DNA of 38,928 nucleotides from the sequence record SRR2962707_4497. The stretch is one strand, 5' to 3'. Shown piece after piece: positions 1-7,485 of this stretch. Both the position numbers and the translations under genes were made by a program. The first letter of the stretch is position 1. Each line of letters begins with the position of its first letter. Below the pieces are notes generated by a model that searched no databases, had not been told where the DNA came from, and saw only the letters and a program-made list of their open reading frames with translations.

Positions 1-438
1 ACGGCGCGCGACCGCTGGAGCGACAAGGTGGCGGGCTTCGATGCCGGCGCTGACGATTATGTGGCGAAGCCCTTTTATATGGAGGAAGTGCTGGCACGCC
101 TGCGCGCACTGGTCCGCCGGGCGACAGGCCACGCGACGAGCGAACTCGAATGCGGGCCGGTGCGGGTCGATACGCGGAGTTCCCGCGTCACGGTGAACGG
201 TTGCGCGATCAAGCTCACCTCGCTCGAATACAGGCTCCTCGCCTATATGATGCACCATCAGGGTCGTGTCATATCGCGCACCGAACTTGTGGAACATCTC
301 TACGACCAGGATTTCGACCGCGATTCAAACACGATCGAAGTCTTCGTGGGACGCCTGCGCCGCAAGCTCGGCAAGGATGTGATCGAGACCGTGCGTGGCC
401 TCGGCTACCGGCTGGCGGCGGCGGAAGATGCGGTCTGA
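1..438 (+). CDS. feuP: OmpR/PhoP-family response regulator, FeuP-like (5' truncated by window edge)
   Basis: Frame is open from base 1 (TARDRWSDKVAGFDAGADDYVAKPF). Winged-helix C-terminus LYDQDFDRDSNTIEVFVGRLRRKLG..IETVRGLGY is typical of rhizobial FeuP. Overlaps the downstream kinase start. Confidence 0.85.
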   Translation, partial: TARDRWSDKVAGFDAGADDYVAKPFYMEEVLARLRALVRRATGHATSELECGPVRVDTRSSRVTVNGCAIKLTSLEYRLLAYMMHHQGRVISRTELVEHLYDQDFDRDSNTIEVFVGRLRRKLGKDVIETVRGLGYRLAAAEDAV

Positions 439-1807
439 CAGTCTTGCATTTCGGCTGATCGCGGGCGCTGCGCTCTGGAGTGCCATCGCGCTCCTGGCGG
501 GCGGACTTATTTTATCGGCCATCTTCCGTAACTCGGTCGAACGCAGCTTCGACGGACGCCTCAACGTTCTCCTGCACAGTCTGCTCGCGACGACCGAAGT
601 GAACGAGGATGGCGAAATCATCCGCTCTCGCGGTCTTTCCGAAACGCGCTTCGACCTCGCCTATTCGGGCTGGTACTGGCAGATATGGCCAGTCGCGCCG
701 CGTCCCGCGCTTCGCTCGCGTTCGCTGTTCGACCAGTCGCTCGATTTGTCTCCCGCCGAAAAGACTATCCGCAATGAGGTCGGTCTGAAGATATTCGACA
801 CGATAGGGCCGGAGAACCAGCCGCTCCGCGTGGTAGAGAGACGCGTTACGCTGCCGGACTACGACGTGCCGGTGTCCTTTGCGGTCGCGGGCGAACGCTC
901 GGAGATGAATGTCGAAATCCAGAGTTTTAACACCTGGCTCTTCGCCGCCATGGCGGCGATGGGAGCAGGCCTTCTCGTCGCGCTCCTGATCCAGGTCCGC
1001 TTCGGGTTGCGCCCGCTCGACCGCGTGCGCCGCTCGCTCGCACAGATAAGAACGGGCCGGGCGTCAAAGCTGGAAGGCGACTTTCCTCTCGAAATCGAAC
1101 CGTTGGCCGAGGAACTGAACGGTCTTCTCGAAGGCAACCGCGAAGTGCTGGAGCGCGCCCGCACGCATGTCGGTAACCTTGCTCATGCGCTGAAGACGCC
1201 GCTCAGCGTGCTGACCAACGAAGCCCGCTCGCACAAGGATCCGTTTGGCGAAACCGTGAGCCGCATGGCGATGCAGATGCGCGAACAGATCGACCGTCAT
1301 CTCGCGCGCGCGCGTATGGCGGCCGCCGCGAATGTGCTTGGCGCGCATACGCCGGTTGAGCCGGTGATTGGCCGCATCGCCAGGACGCTCGAGCGCATCC
1401 ATGCGGAGCGCGGCATCTCGATTGAGGTTTCCTGTCCTTCGGATGCAGGCTTTCGTGGCGAAGCGCAAGACTTGGAAGAAGTTGCGGGCAATCTCCTCGA
1501 CAATGCCTCCAAATGGGCGGAGCAGCATGTTCGGCTGACGGTGACAGCGGAAGGGATCGAGCGAAAGAACCGTCCATTCCTTCTCATCTCGATCGAGGAT
1601 GACGGTCCAGGCCTGCCGGAATCCGACCGCAAGACGGTGTTGCAGCGGGGCACGCGGCTCGACGAAACCAAACCCGGCTCCGGCCTCGGGCTTTCCATCG
1701 TCACGGAGATCGCGAACCTCTATGGCGGTGAACTGAAGCTCGCAACTTCCGCCATGGGTGGCCTCCGCGCCGAGCTTTACCTGCCCGCCACGGCCCCCCT
1801 CTCATAA
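428..1807 (+). CDS. feuQ: Membrane sensor histidine kinase, FeuQ/PhoQ-like
   Basis: ATG at 428 overlaps the RR stop. Two TM segments, HAMP region, H-box NLAHALKTPL, N-box GNLLDNASKW, G-boxes EDDGPG and GSGLGL. Confidence 0.85.
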   Translation: MRSDSLAFRLIAGAALWSAIALLAGGLILSAIFRNSVERSFDGRLNVLLHSLLATTEVNEDGEIIRSRGLSETRFDLAYSGWYWQIWPVAPRPALRSRSLFDQSLDLSPAEKTIRNEVGLKIFDTIGPENQPLRVVERRVTLPDYDVPVSFAVAGERSEMNVEIQSFNTWLFAAMAAMGAGLLVALLIQVRFGLRPLDRVRRSLAQIRTGRASKLEGDFPLEIEPLAEELNGLLEGNREVLERARTHVGNLAHALKTPLSVLTNEARSHKDPFGETVSRMAMQMREQIDRHLARARMAAAANVLGAHTPVEPVIGRIARTLERIHAERGISIEVSCPSDAGFRGEAQDLEEVAGNLLDNASKWAEQHVRLTVTAEGIERKNRPFLLISIEDDGPGLPESDRKTVLQRGTRLDETKPGSGLGLSIVTEIANLYGGELKLATSAMGGLRAELYLPATAPLS

Positions 1808-1830
1808 AACCGGCTCTTTCGGCCCGCCAA

Positions 1831-1870
1831 GCTGAACGCCACATGAATGCCGCATTCAGCCCTCGCTCAA
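1831..1870. promoter_or_regulatory. Candidate OmpR-family (FeuP) binding array upstream of the lipoprotein gene
   Basis: TGAA at 1833 and 1844, then inverted TTCA at 1855 and CTCA at 1866, all 11 bp apart (gcTGAAcgccacaTGAAtgccgcaTTCAgccctcgCTCAa). Confidence 0.45.
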
Positions 1871-1930
1871 GGGCGGTTCTCTATCTTCATGATCATCGGA
1901 TCAACCAATCAAGCAATTGGGGTACGGATC

Positions 1931-2410
1931 ATGAAGATCAAAAGCACTCTTCTCGTCGGCGCATTCGCCATCGCCCTTGCGGGCTGCCAGACCGGCAACC
2001 CTTATGGCTACAGCGGCGGCCCGAAGCAGGGCATCGGCACATTGGCCGGCGCCGTTGCGGGCGGGCTTGCCGGTTCGCAGATCGGCGGCGGCTCGGGCCG
2101 TCTCTGGGCGACGGGTGCGGGTGTGCTCGTCGGCGCACTGGTCGGCAACAATATCGGCCGCAGCCTCGACCGTGCCGATCAGAACTATCTGCAGAACGCT
2201 TCTTACGGCGCCTTCCAGTCCGGCCAGGCGACACAGTGGCGGAACCCGCAGAGCGGCAACTACGGCTATGTGGAGCCGGGCCGGTCCTACCAGACCGGCG
2301 GCTCCTACTGCCGGGAATACAGCCAGACCGTCTATATCGGCGGCCGCCCGGAAAGCGCTTACGGCACCGCCTGCCGCCAGCCGGATGGAAGCTGGCAGAT
2401 CGTGGGCTGA
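1931..2410 (+). CDS. Glycine-zipper outer-membrane lipoprotein (17-kDa surface antigen / RT0821-Lpp0805 family)
   Basis: MKIK signal with lipobox LAGC. Gly zipper GTLAGAVAGGLAGSQIGGG..GALVGNNIGRSLD. C-terminal WRNP..CREY..GTACRQPDGSW. Confidence 0.9.
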   Translation: MKIKSTLLVGAFAIALAGCQTGNPYGYSGGPKQGIGTLAGAVAGGLAGSQIGGGSGRLWATGAGVLVGALVGNNIGRSLDRADQNYLQNASYGAFQSGQATQWRNPQSGNYGYVEPGRSYQTGGSYCREYSQTVYIGGRPESAYGTACRQPDGSWQIVG

Positions 2411-2429
2411 TTGCCCGCGACACATGAAT

Positions 2430-2508
2430 GAACGGCCGAGAGGCCGTTCGGCCTCACCCTTGGTGAACTCCGTCCCCCGACCAGCGCCTGGGTGAGGCCA
2501 CCTTTTTC
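2430..2508 (+). terminator. Tandem hairpins plus U-tract 3' of the lipoprotein gene (terminator, possibly a 3'-UTR RNA)
   Basis: GAACGGCC-gaga-GGCCGTTC (2430-2449), then GGCCTCACCC (2450-2459) pairing with GGGTGAGGCC (2490-2499), followed by accTTTTTc. Confidence 0.5.
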
Positions 2509-2529
2509 AGAGAGACCGTTCGAAGACGT

Positions 2530-2566
2530 GAAAAGGCCGCCGCTTTCCTTTTGGAAGGCGGCGGCC
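2530..2566 (-). terminator. Intrinsic terminator of the minus-strand sORF transcript
   Basis: Minus strand reads GGCCGCCGCCTTCC-aaaa-GGAAAGCGGCGGCC-TTTTC, a long GC stem followed by a U-run. Confidence 0.7.
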
Positions 2567-2689
2567 AGTTCGGAACGGCAGTGACGCGGTCGCCTTTGTT
2601 TTATCTGCGGGACCGCCCCGTTTGCACCAATCTACTTCGCTCGAAGAGTCGCCGCGCCGTCAGCCGGTGCGACGATAAAGGATAAAGGC

Positions 2690-2797
2690 TCAGGCAGAAG
2701 TGCCTCCGGAAGTATCCGGCTTCTGCCTCGCCACACGACCCTCTATCGAGATCGAAACTTTGGCGATGGCAAACGGCGTCAGCAAACCGTTAGACAT
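2690..2797 (-). CDS. Unannotated 35-aa small ORF (MSNGLLTPFAIAKVSISIEGRVARQKPDTSGGTSA) within a probable structured small transcript
   Basis: Hand-translated, ATG at 2797 to TGA at 2690. Preceded by GAAAGGAGGTGATCCG, with a putative promoter upstream and a terminator downstream. Below the ORF-track size cutoff. Confidence 0.55.
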   Translation of the reverse strand: MSNGLLTPFAIAKVSISIEGRVARQKPDTSGGTSA

Positions 2798-2835
2798 CGG
2801 ATCACCTCCTTTCAATTGTTGAACCTAGGATCTCA

Positions 2836-2864
2836 AGCGTGAATCCGCGGCGCGCTCACGTCAA
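2836..2864 (-). promoter_or_regulatory. Putative sigma70 promoter for the sORF/sRNA unit
   Basis: Minus strand TTGACG (2864-2859), 17-bp spacer, CACGCT (2841-2836). Implied TSS near 2829-2830. Confidence 0.5.
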
Positions 2865-3023
2865 GGAAATGTATGTGAAGGATCGATGCATACCGCATGC
2901 TGTGCACCGTTTCCTTTGAATTGCGCCCTTTTCGAATTCGAGGGAACCCGGATCGCGAGCGACGGAAGGCATGGCGAGAGCGCGAAACGCTCCGCTTCTG
3001 CGCGTCGGGCACGAATCAAACCG

Positions 3024-4400
3024 TTAATTTGCGGCCGTCGCGGGCAGGCTCGCTTCGGGTTCCGCCTCGCTGGCCGCCATCAGCGACGCGATGGTGACCG
3101 GCCCGGCGAGGCCGGCCTCTTGTTCGTCCAGCTTCTCGAAGAAGGCTTCGACGCGCGGCTCGTGCGCGAGCGTGCTGTCGGACACGCTGCGGTTGTAGCG
3201 CCGGGCGCGGACCGCAGCGAAGATGTCCTTCAGGGCCGTCTTGTCGGCGGGACGGCCGGGCACGAAGCGGCTCGGCGTGCCGGTCGCGAAGGTGAGAAGC
3301 CCCGCCTCGCAGAGCGATACGGATATCTCCCCCATGGCTTCCATCGGTACATGAAGCCGCTTGGCGAGTGCTTCCTCGGTCCACGGCGTCTGCCCGCGCT
3401 CGAACGCTTCATGGACGAGGAGCAGCGCTTGCACCGACATCCGGTCTAGCTGACGCAGTGTCAGCAGGCTCACGCCCGCATGCGGCGAGAGATAGGCCCG
3501 GTTCTGATAGTAGAAGGCAATGGTGCAGCCGCCGAGCAGGATGAGCCACGCGGCATAGAGCCAGATCATGAAAAAGACGAGGCTCGCAAAGGCGGAATAG
3601 ATCGCGACATATTGCGCGGATTTCACGACGAAGGTCGCGAAGGTCCAGCCTGCCGCGCCCCAGGCGATGCCTGCAACCGTCGCGCCCACAGCCGCGGCTG
3701 CGAACGTCACGCGGGTATTCGGGATCATTCGGTAAATGAAACCGAAAGCGGCAATGAGGACGAGGTAGGGCAAAGCCCGGCTCGACTGATCGATGAGGTA
3801 GCGGACGGCTTCGTATTCGGCGAGCGAGCCGACGAAGGAGTTTGATACCGCGCCCGCCATGACGCCGAACACCGCCAGCACCACGACCACGCCGAGCGCG
3901 CCCATGCTGACGATCTCGGTGAACTGGCGCGCCAGCGAGCGGCTGGATTCCACGCGCCAGATCGCGTTGAAGGAGGCTTCGATCTTGTTGATCAGCGAGA
4001 CGACCGTGTAGATCAGGAAAAAGAAGCCGACCGTGCCGAGCACGTTCACGTTCACCCGGTTTACAAACTCCATCATCTGTTCGGTGATGTCGGCGCCCTG
4101 ATTGCCGAGCGGCGCGAGGAAATCGCGCAGCATGGTCTGCAGATAGCTGTCGAAACCGAAGAGGCGGAAGATCGCAAAGGAAATGGCGAGCGCGGGCACC
4201 ATCGACAGGAGCGTCGTGTAGACGAGGCTCATGGCGCGCAAGCTGAGCGCGCCGCCCAGCAGGTCGCGGATGACGGACCAGCCGATGCGGGCGGCGAGAA
4301 GCAGCGAACGCTGCCAGAAAGGCAGCTCCGCGAGCGGCGGCTCCCAGACAAAGGCGTGGGCGCGATCGAGTAACGTGGCGGAACCAAACATGGCCGTCAT
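3024..4400 (-). CDS. YihY/BrkB-family inner-membrane protein with C-terminal winged-helix-like extension
   Basis: RAMSLVYTTLLSMVP, IEASFNAIWRV, IYRMIPNTRV and YSAFASLVFFMIWLYAAWLILLGG motifs. Multiple TM helices. Alternative ATG at 4391. Confidence 0.85.
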   Translation of the reverse strand: MTAMFGSATLLDRAHAFVWEPPLAELPFWQRSLLLAARIGWSVIRDLLGGALSLRAMSLVYTTLLSMVPALAISFAIFRLFGFDSYLQTMLRDFLAPLGNQGADITEQMMEFVNRVNVNVLGTVGFFFLIYTVVSLINKIEASFNAIWRVESSRSLARQFTEIVSMGALGVVVVLAVFGVMAGAVSNSFVGSLAEYEAVRYLIDQSSRALPYLVLIAAFGFIYRMIPNTRVTFAAAAVGATVAGIAWGAAGWTFATFVVKSAQYVAIYSAFASLVFFMIWLYAAWLILLGGCTIAFYYQNRAYLSPHAGVSLLTLRQLDRMSVQALLLVHEAFERGQTPWTEEALAKRLHVPMEAMGEISVSLCEAGLLTFATGTPSRFVPGRPADKTALKDIFAAVRARRYNRSVSDSTLAHEPRVEAFFEKLDEQEAGLAGPVTIASLMAASEAEPEASLPATAAN

Positions 4401-4456
4401 GCTAGCCGCCGCCGCGTGCTTCGGCCAGTGGCCGGTTCGAGAGCGGCATTTCTACA

Positions 4457-4488
4457 TAAAAAGGCCCTCCACCGAAGAGGAGGGCCTT
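4457..4488 (-). terminator. Intrinsic terminator after the cold-shock gene
   Basis: AAGGCCCTCC (4461-4470) pairs with GGAGGGCCTT (4479-4488). The adjacent A-run gives a U-tract on the minus strand. Confidence 0.7.
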
Positions 4489-4532
4489 GATCTTCTCGAA
4501 CGCGGCGGCGTTCGTTCCGCTTGATACAGGTA

Positions 4533-4739
4533 TTAGCCGAGAACCAGCTCTTCGGCGGAGAAGCGACCGTTGCGCCCCTCGACCAGTTCGTACTGGATCT
4601 GCTGACCTTCTTGCAGGGATTTCTGGCCGGCGCGCTCAACGGCTGAGATATGGACGAAAACGTCCTTGCCGCCATCCGCCGGCGCAATGAAACCATAACC
4701 CTTAGTGGCGTTGAACCACTTCACGACTCCGCTAGCCAT
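4533..4739 (-). CDS. Cold-shock protein (CspA family)
   Basis: 68 aa, MASGVVKWFNATKGYGFI (RNP1) and DVFVHISAV (RNP2). Confidence 0.95.
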   Translation of the reverse strand: MASGVVKWFNATKGYGFIAPADGGKDVFVHISAVERAGQKSLQEGQQIQYELVEGRNGRFSAEELVLG

Positions 4740-5014
4740 AGTGCCTTGAATGCCTCGTGTGGAATTAAGGAACAGATGCCAGCCTGACGATGGCATCCAG
4801 CAAAAACGCTATCACCGAATTTTCCGTCGGACTATCGAAAATCGCGGCCCGGAACAGCCCTTTTTAGCGGCGGGTTTACAGACAAACCCTGTGGTTTTTT
4901 CGCACTGGAACCAAATTTTAAGCATGGCTGGCTAGCCTGCGGATTGGACTGCAACCAACAGGGCAATCCGGAAGGCGGCAGCTGCTGTGGAAGCGCCTCC
5001 CGGGCGATCCCTGT

Positions 5015-6451
5015 ATGCCGAAGAAGCCAATGAAAACGGAAGCTCAAGCCTCGATCAGACAGAAGCTCGCCAGCTATCTGGCGCAATTGCCGCCGCCGGC
5101 GGTGATCAAGCTCGCCTCCGGGCTGGAGCGGGAGAAGCTGCGCGGCACGGCGGGCCTTCCTTACGAAATGATCCTCTCCGGCTTGCGGCCGCTGCTGGCT
5201 TCGCTCAAAGGATCGGAACGGCCGGGCACGCCGGATGCGCTGCGCCAGTTCTGCCGTCCTTTCGAGGACCTCCTGTCGGACGGAGAAGCCGTCCATCGTC
5301 AGGGCCACATTTCGCGCAGCTCCGTGATGAGCGTATGGAATTGGCTCGAAGAAGAATTGCTGCCCGACGCGCTGCCCGACGTGAAGCGCCGCATCGTCGA
5401 CCACACGCTGAAAGGCGACAAGGTCGCGCTTGAAGCCGCCGTCTCCGTCATGCATGCATCGGCAGCGTCCGCCATTGTCGCCGCAGTGGACGCAGCCCGC
5501 AGCGATGCGGAAAAGCGCAAGCAGGCAGAAAAGCGTCTCGGCGGCGAAAACGGCTTCGACGATGCACGCGAGATCGCGGCGGTTCTTTCGGTTGCGCCCG
5601 CCATGCTGAAACTGCAGGCCGAATTGCCGCGCTTCATCGAGAACTTCGACGACGAGACGGTTGCGATCGTCAAGGCGATCTACGATGAAGTGGTCGAGAC
5701 CGCGCCGGCCGAAGCGCTCTACATTCCTTTCGCGGTGATGAACCGCCTCGACGAGCAGTCGCAGATACTGAGGTTCGTCCGCAAGGCCGCGCAGCAGCGA
5801 AACGATGTGGTCATCAGCCGCAGCGAACTCGCCATCTTCGGCGAAGTGTTGCTGTCGGAGCTGGAAGACATCGCGCGCCGCACCGACACGTTGAGGCCGG
5901 GTCATACCGATCTCGCCCCGTTGCTCACCGACATTCGCCGCTTCGCGCAGCTTTCCAAAGGGTTCGCCGCCGAGATAGACCTGCGCCGCAATGGCGAATG
6001 GGGCCAGCGCCTGCTGGCGGCGCGCGGCCGTGTATCCGCGGCGATCTCGCAAGAAGTGTCGCGCTTCGAAACCGAACTTGTGCGCGCGCTGCCGTTTCAC
6101 CAGATCGGTCAGTACGGCCGCGGCGGTCCGATGAAGCCGGATCTGGCCAAGGGCCCGGATCGCGACCGCGCGGCGCGCATGACGGCATGTCTCCGCTTCG
6201 TCGCGGGCATCGCTCCGATTTGCGAACCGCTTGGCGCGCAAAGCCATTGCCGCAGTATCAGGCAGCAGATCGAGTCCTATCTTTCTGCTTATGAGGACCG
6301 GCTGCTCGAGGAACTGCGCACGGCCAGCGGTACCGCCCGCGCCAATGCGGAATCCTTTCTCGAGATCGCGGCCGGTTTCCACGAGGCCCTCGGCCAGGAG
6401 AAACAGGCGGATGTGCTCCGCCGCCGCGGTCATGTCGCCGCGCGGGCCTGA
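5015..6451 (+). CDS. Hypothetical, probably all-alpha-helical soluble protein (478 aa)
   Basis: Long ORF with host-like codon usage, divergent from csp and ending 6 bp from the convergent gene. No motif recognised. Alternative ATG at 5030. Confidence 0.75.
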   Translation: MPKKPMKTEAQASIRQKLASYLAQLPPPAVIKLASGLEREKLRGTAGLPYEMILSGLRPLLASLKGSERPGTPDALRQFCRPFEDLLSDGEAVHRQGHISRSSVMSVWNWLEEELLPDALPDVKRRIVDHTLKGDKVALEAAVSVMHASAASAIVAAVDAARSDAEKRKQAEKRLGGENGFDDAREIAAVLSVAPAMLKLQAELPRFIENFDDETVAIVKAIYDEVVETAPAEALYIPFAVMNRLDEQSQILRFVRKAAQQRNDVVISRSELAIFGEVLLSELEDIARRTDTLRPGHTDLAPLLTDIRRFAQLSKGFAAEIDLRRNGEWGQRLLAARGRVSAAISQEVSRFETELVRALPFHQIGQYGRGGPMKPDLAKGPDRDRAARMTACLRFVAGIAPICEPLGAQSHCRSIRQQIESYLSAYEDRLLEELRTASGTARANAESFLEIAAGFHEALGQEKQADVLRRRGHVAARA

Positions 6452-6457
6452 ACCGGC

Positions 6458-7483
6458 TCACGCCGCCGAAAATTCATCTTCATAGGCAAAGAGTCCGGGC
6501 ATGCCGCCAGTATGCAGGAAGACGGCGGCTTGCCTGTCTGCATGTTTTCCCGCGATCACCTGCGCAATGAAGCCCGCCATCCCCTTGCCGGTATAGACCG
6601 GATCGAGAAGCACGCCTTCTGTCCGGGCGACAAGTTCCACCGCCTTGCGCATGGCGTCAGTCGGCATCCCGTAGCGTTCGCCGACATGGGCGCCATCCAG
6701 CGCGATCGCGTCCGGCGCGGGAGCAGGAACATCGAGCAGCTTCGCCGTCTTGCTGGCGAGCGCGTGAATGCTTTTCGCCATCTCGTCATTGTCGGCCCGG
6801 TAGACATTGATTCCCGCAATGCCGGGCCCGCTGCCGCGCAACTGTGCGCCCGCGACGAGACCGGCCTGCGTGCCGCCGCTCGACGAGGCATGGACAAGAA
6901 CGGCATCCGACAATCCCGCATCGTCGAGTTGGTCGCCGAGTTCCAGATAGGCGCGGGCATAGCCGAGCGAGCCTGTAGCACTCGATCCGCCGACAGGCAC
7001 GAAATAAGGCTTGCCGCCTCCCGCCTCGATCTCCCCCATGACCTTCTTGAATACCGTCACCGCGTCGGCCTCCGCCGGCTCCACGCGCACCTCGGCGCCC
7101 AGCACACGGTCGAGCAGCAGGTTGCCCGATCCGCGATAGGTGCGGCCCTGGTAAGGCACGGTGTCGAACAGAACCAGCACGCAGCGCAGGCCCGCGACGG
7201 CGGCCGCCGCTGCGGTCTGCCGGGCATGGTTCGATTGCAGGGCGCCGGTCGTCACCACCGTATCGGCTCCCGTGGCAAGCGCCTCACCGATCAGATATTC
7301 GAGTTTGCGGGTCTTGTTGCCGCCGCCCGCAAGCCCGGTGCAGTCGTCGCGCTTGATGAAGAGACGCGGCGGCACCGTCTCCATCTCGCTCGCAAGCGCC
7401 TCGCGCAACCGCCGCATCTCGGCAAGCGGCGTCGGCAAATGGGCGAGAGGGAAGCGCGGGAAATCGTCAAGCGAAACGGCCAT
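6458..7483 (-). CDS. PLP-dependent D-cysteine desulfhydrase / cysteate sulfo-lyase family enzyme
   Basis: KRDDCTGLAGGGNKTRKLEY (PLP Lys), QSNHARQTAA, SSSGGTQAG, LDPVYTGK, FLHTGG. Confidence 0.88.
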   Translation of the reverse strand: MAVSLDDFPRFPLAHLPTPLAEMRRLREALASEMETVPPRLFIKRDDCTGLAGGGNKTRKLEYLIGEALATGADTVVTTGALQSNHARQTAAAAAVAGLRCVLVLFDTVPYQGRTYRGSGNLLLDRVLGAEVRVEPAEADAVTVFKKVMGEIEAGGGKPYFVPVGGSSATGSLGYARAYLELGDQLDDAGLSDAVLVHASSSGGTQAGLVAGAQLRGSGPGIAGINVYRADNDEMAKSIHALASKTAKLLDVPAPAPDAIALDGAHVGERYGMPTDAMRKAVELVARTEGVLLDPVYTGKGMAGFIAQVIAGKHADRQAAVFLHTGGMPGLFAYEDEFSAA

Positions 7484-7485
7484 CG

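Noticed and set aside
2799-2813. 16S rRNA gene fragment (GGATCACCTCCTTTC on the + strand)
   Set aside because: The flanks lack the preceding conserved 16S sequence (GTAACAAGGTAGCCGTA..GCGGCT). It is better explained as an extended SD on the minus strand.
4832-6433. 533-aa minus-strand ORF
   Set aside because: Antisense shadow of the 5015-6451 gene, typical of high-GC codon bias, with no motifs.
6458-7483. ACC deaminase (acdS) call
   Set aside because: Has YTGK and HTGG rather than the diagnostic YEGK and HLGG residues.
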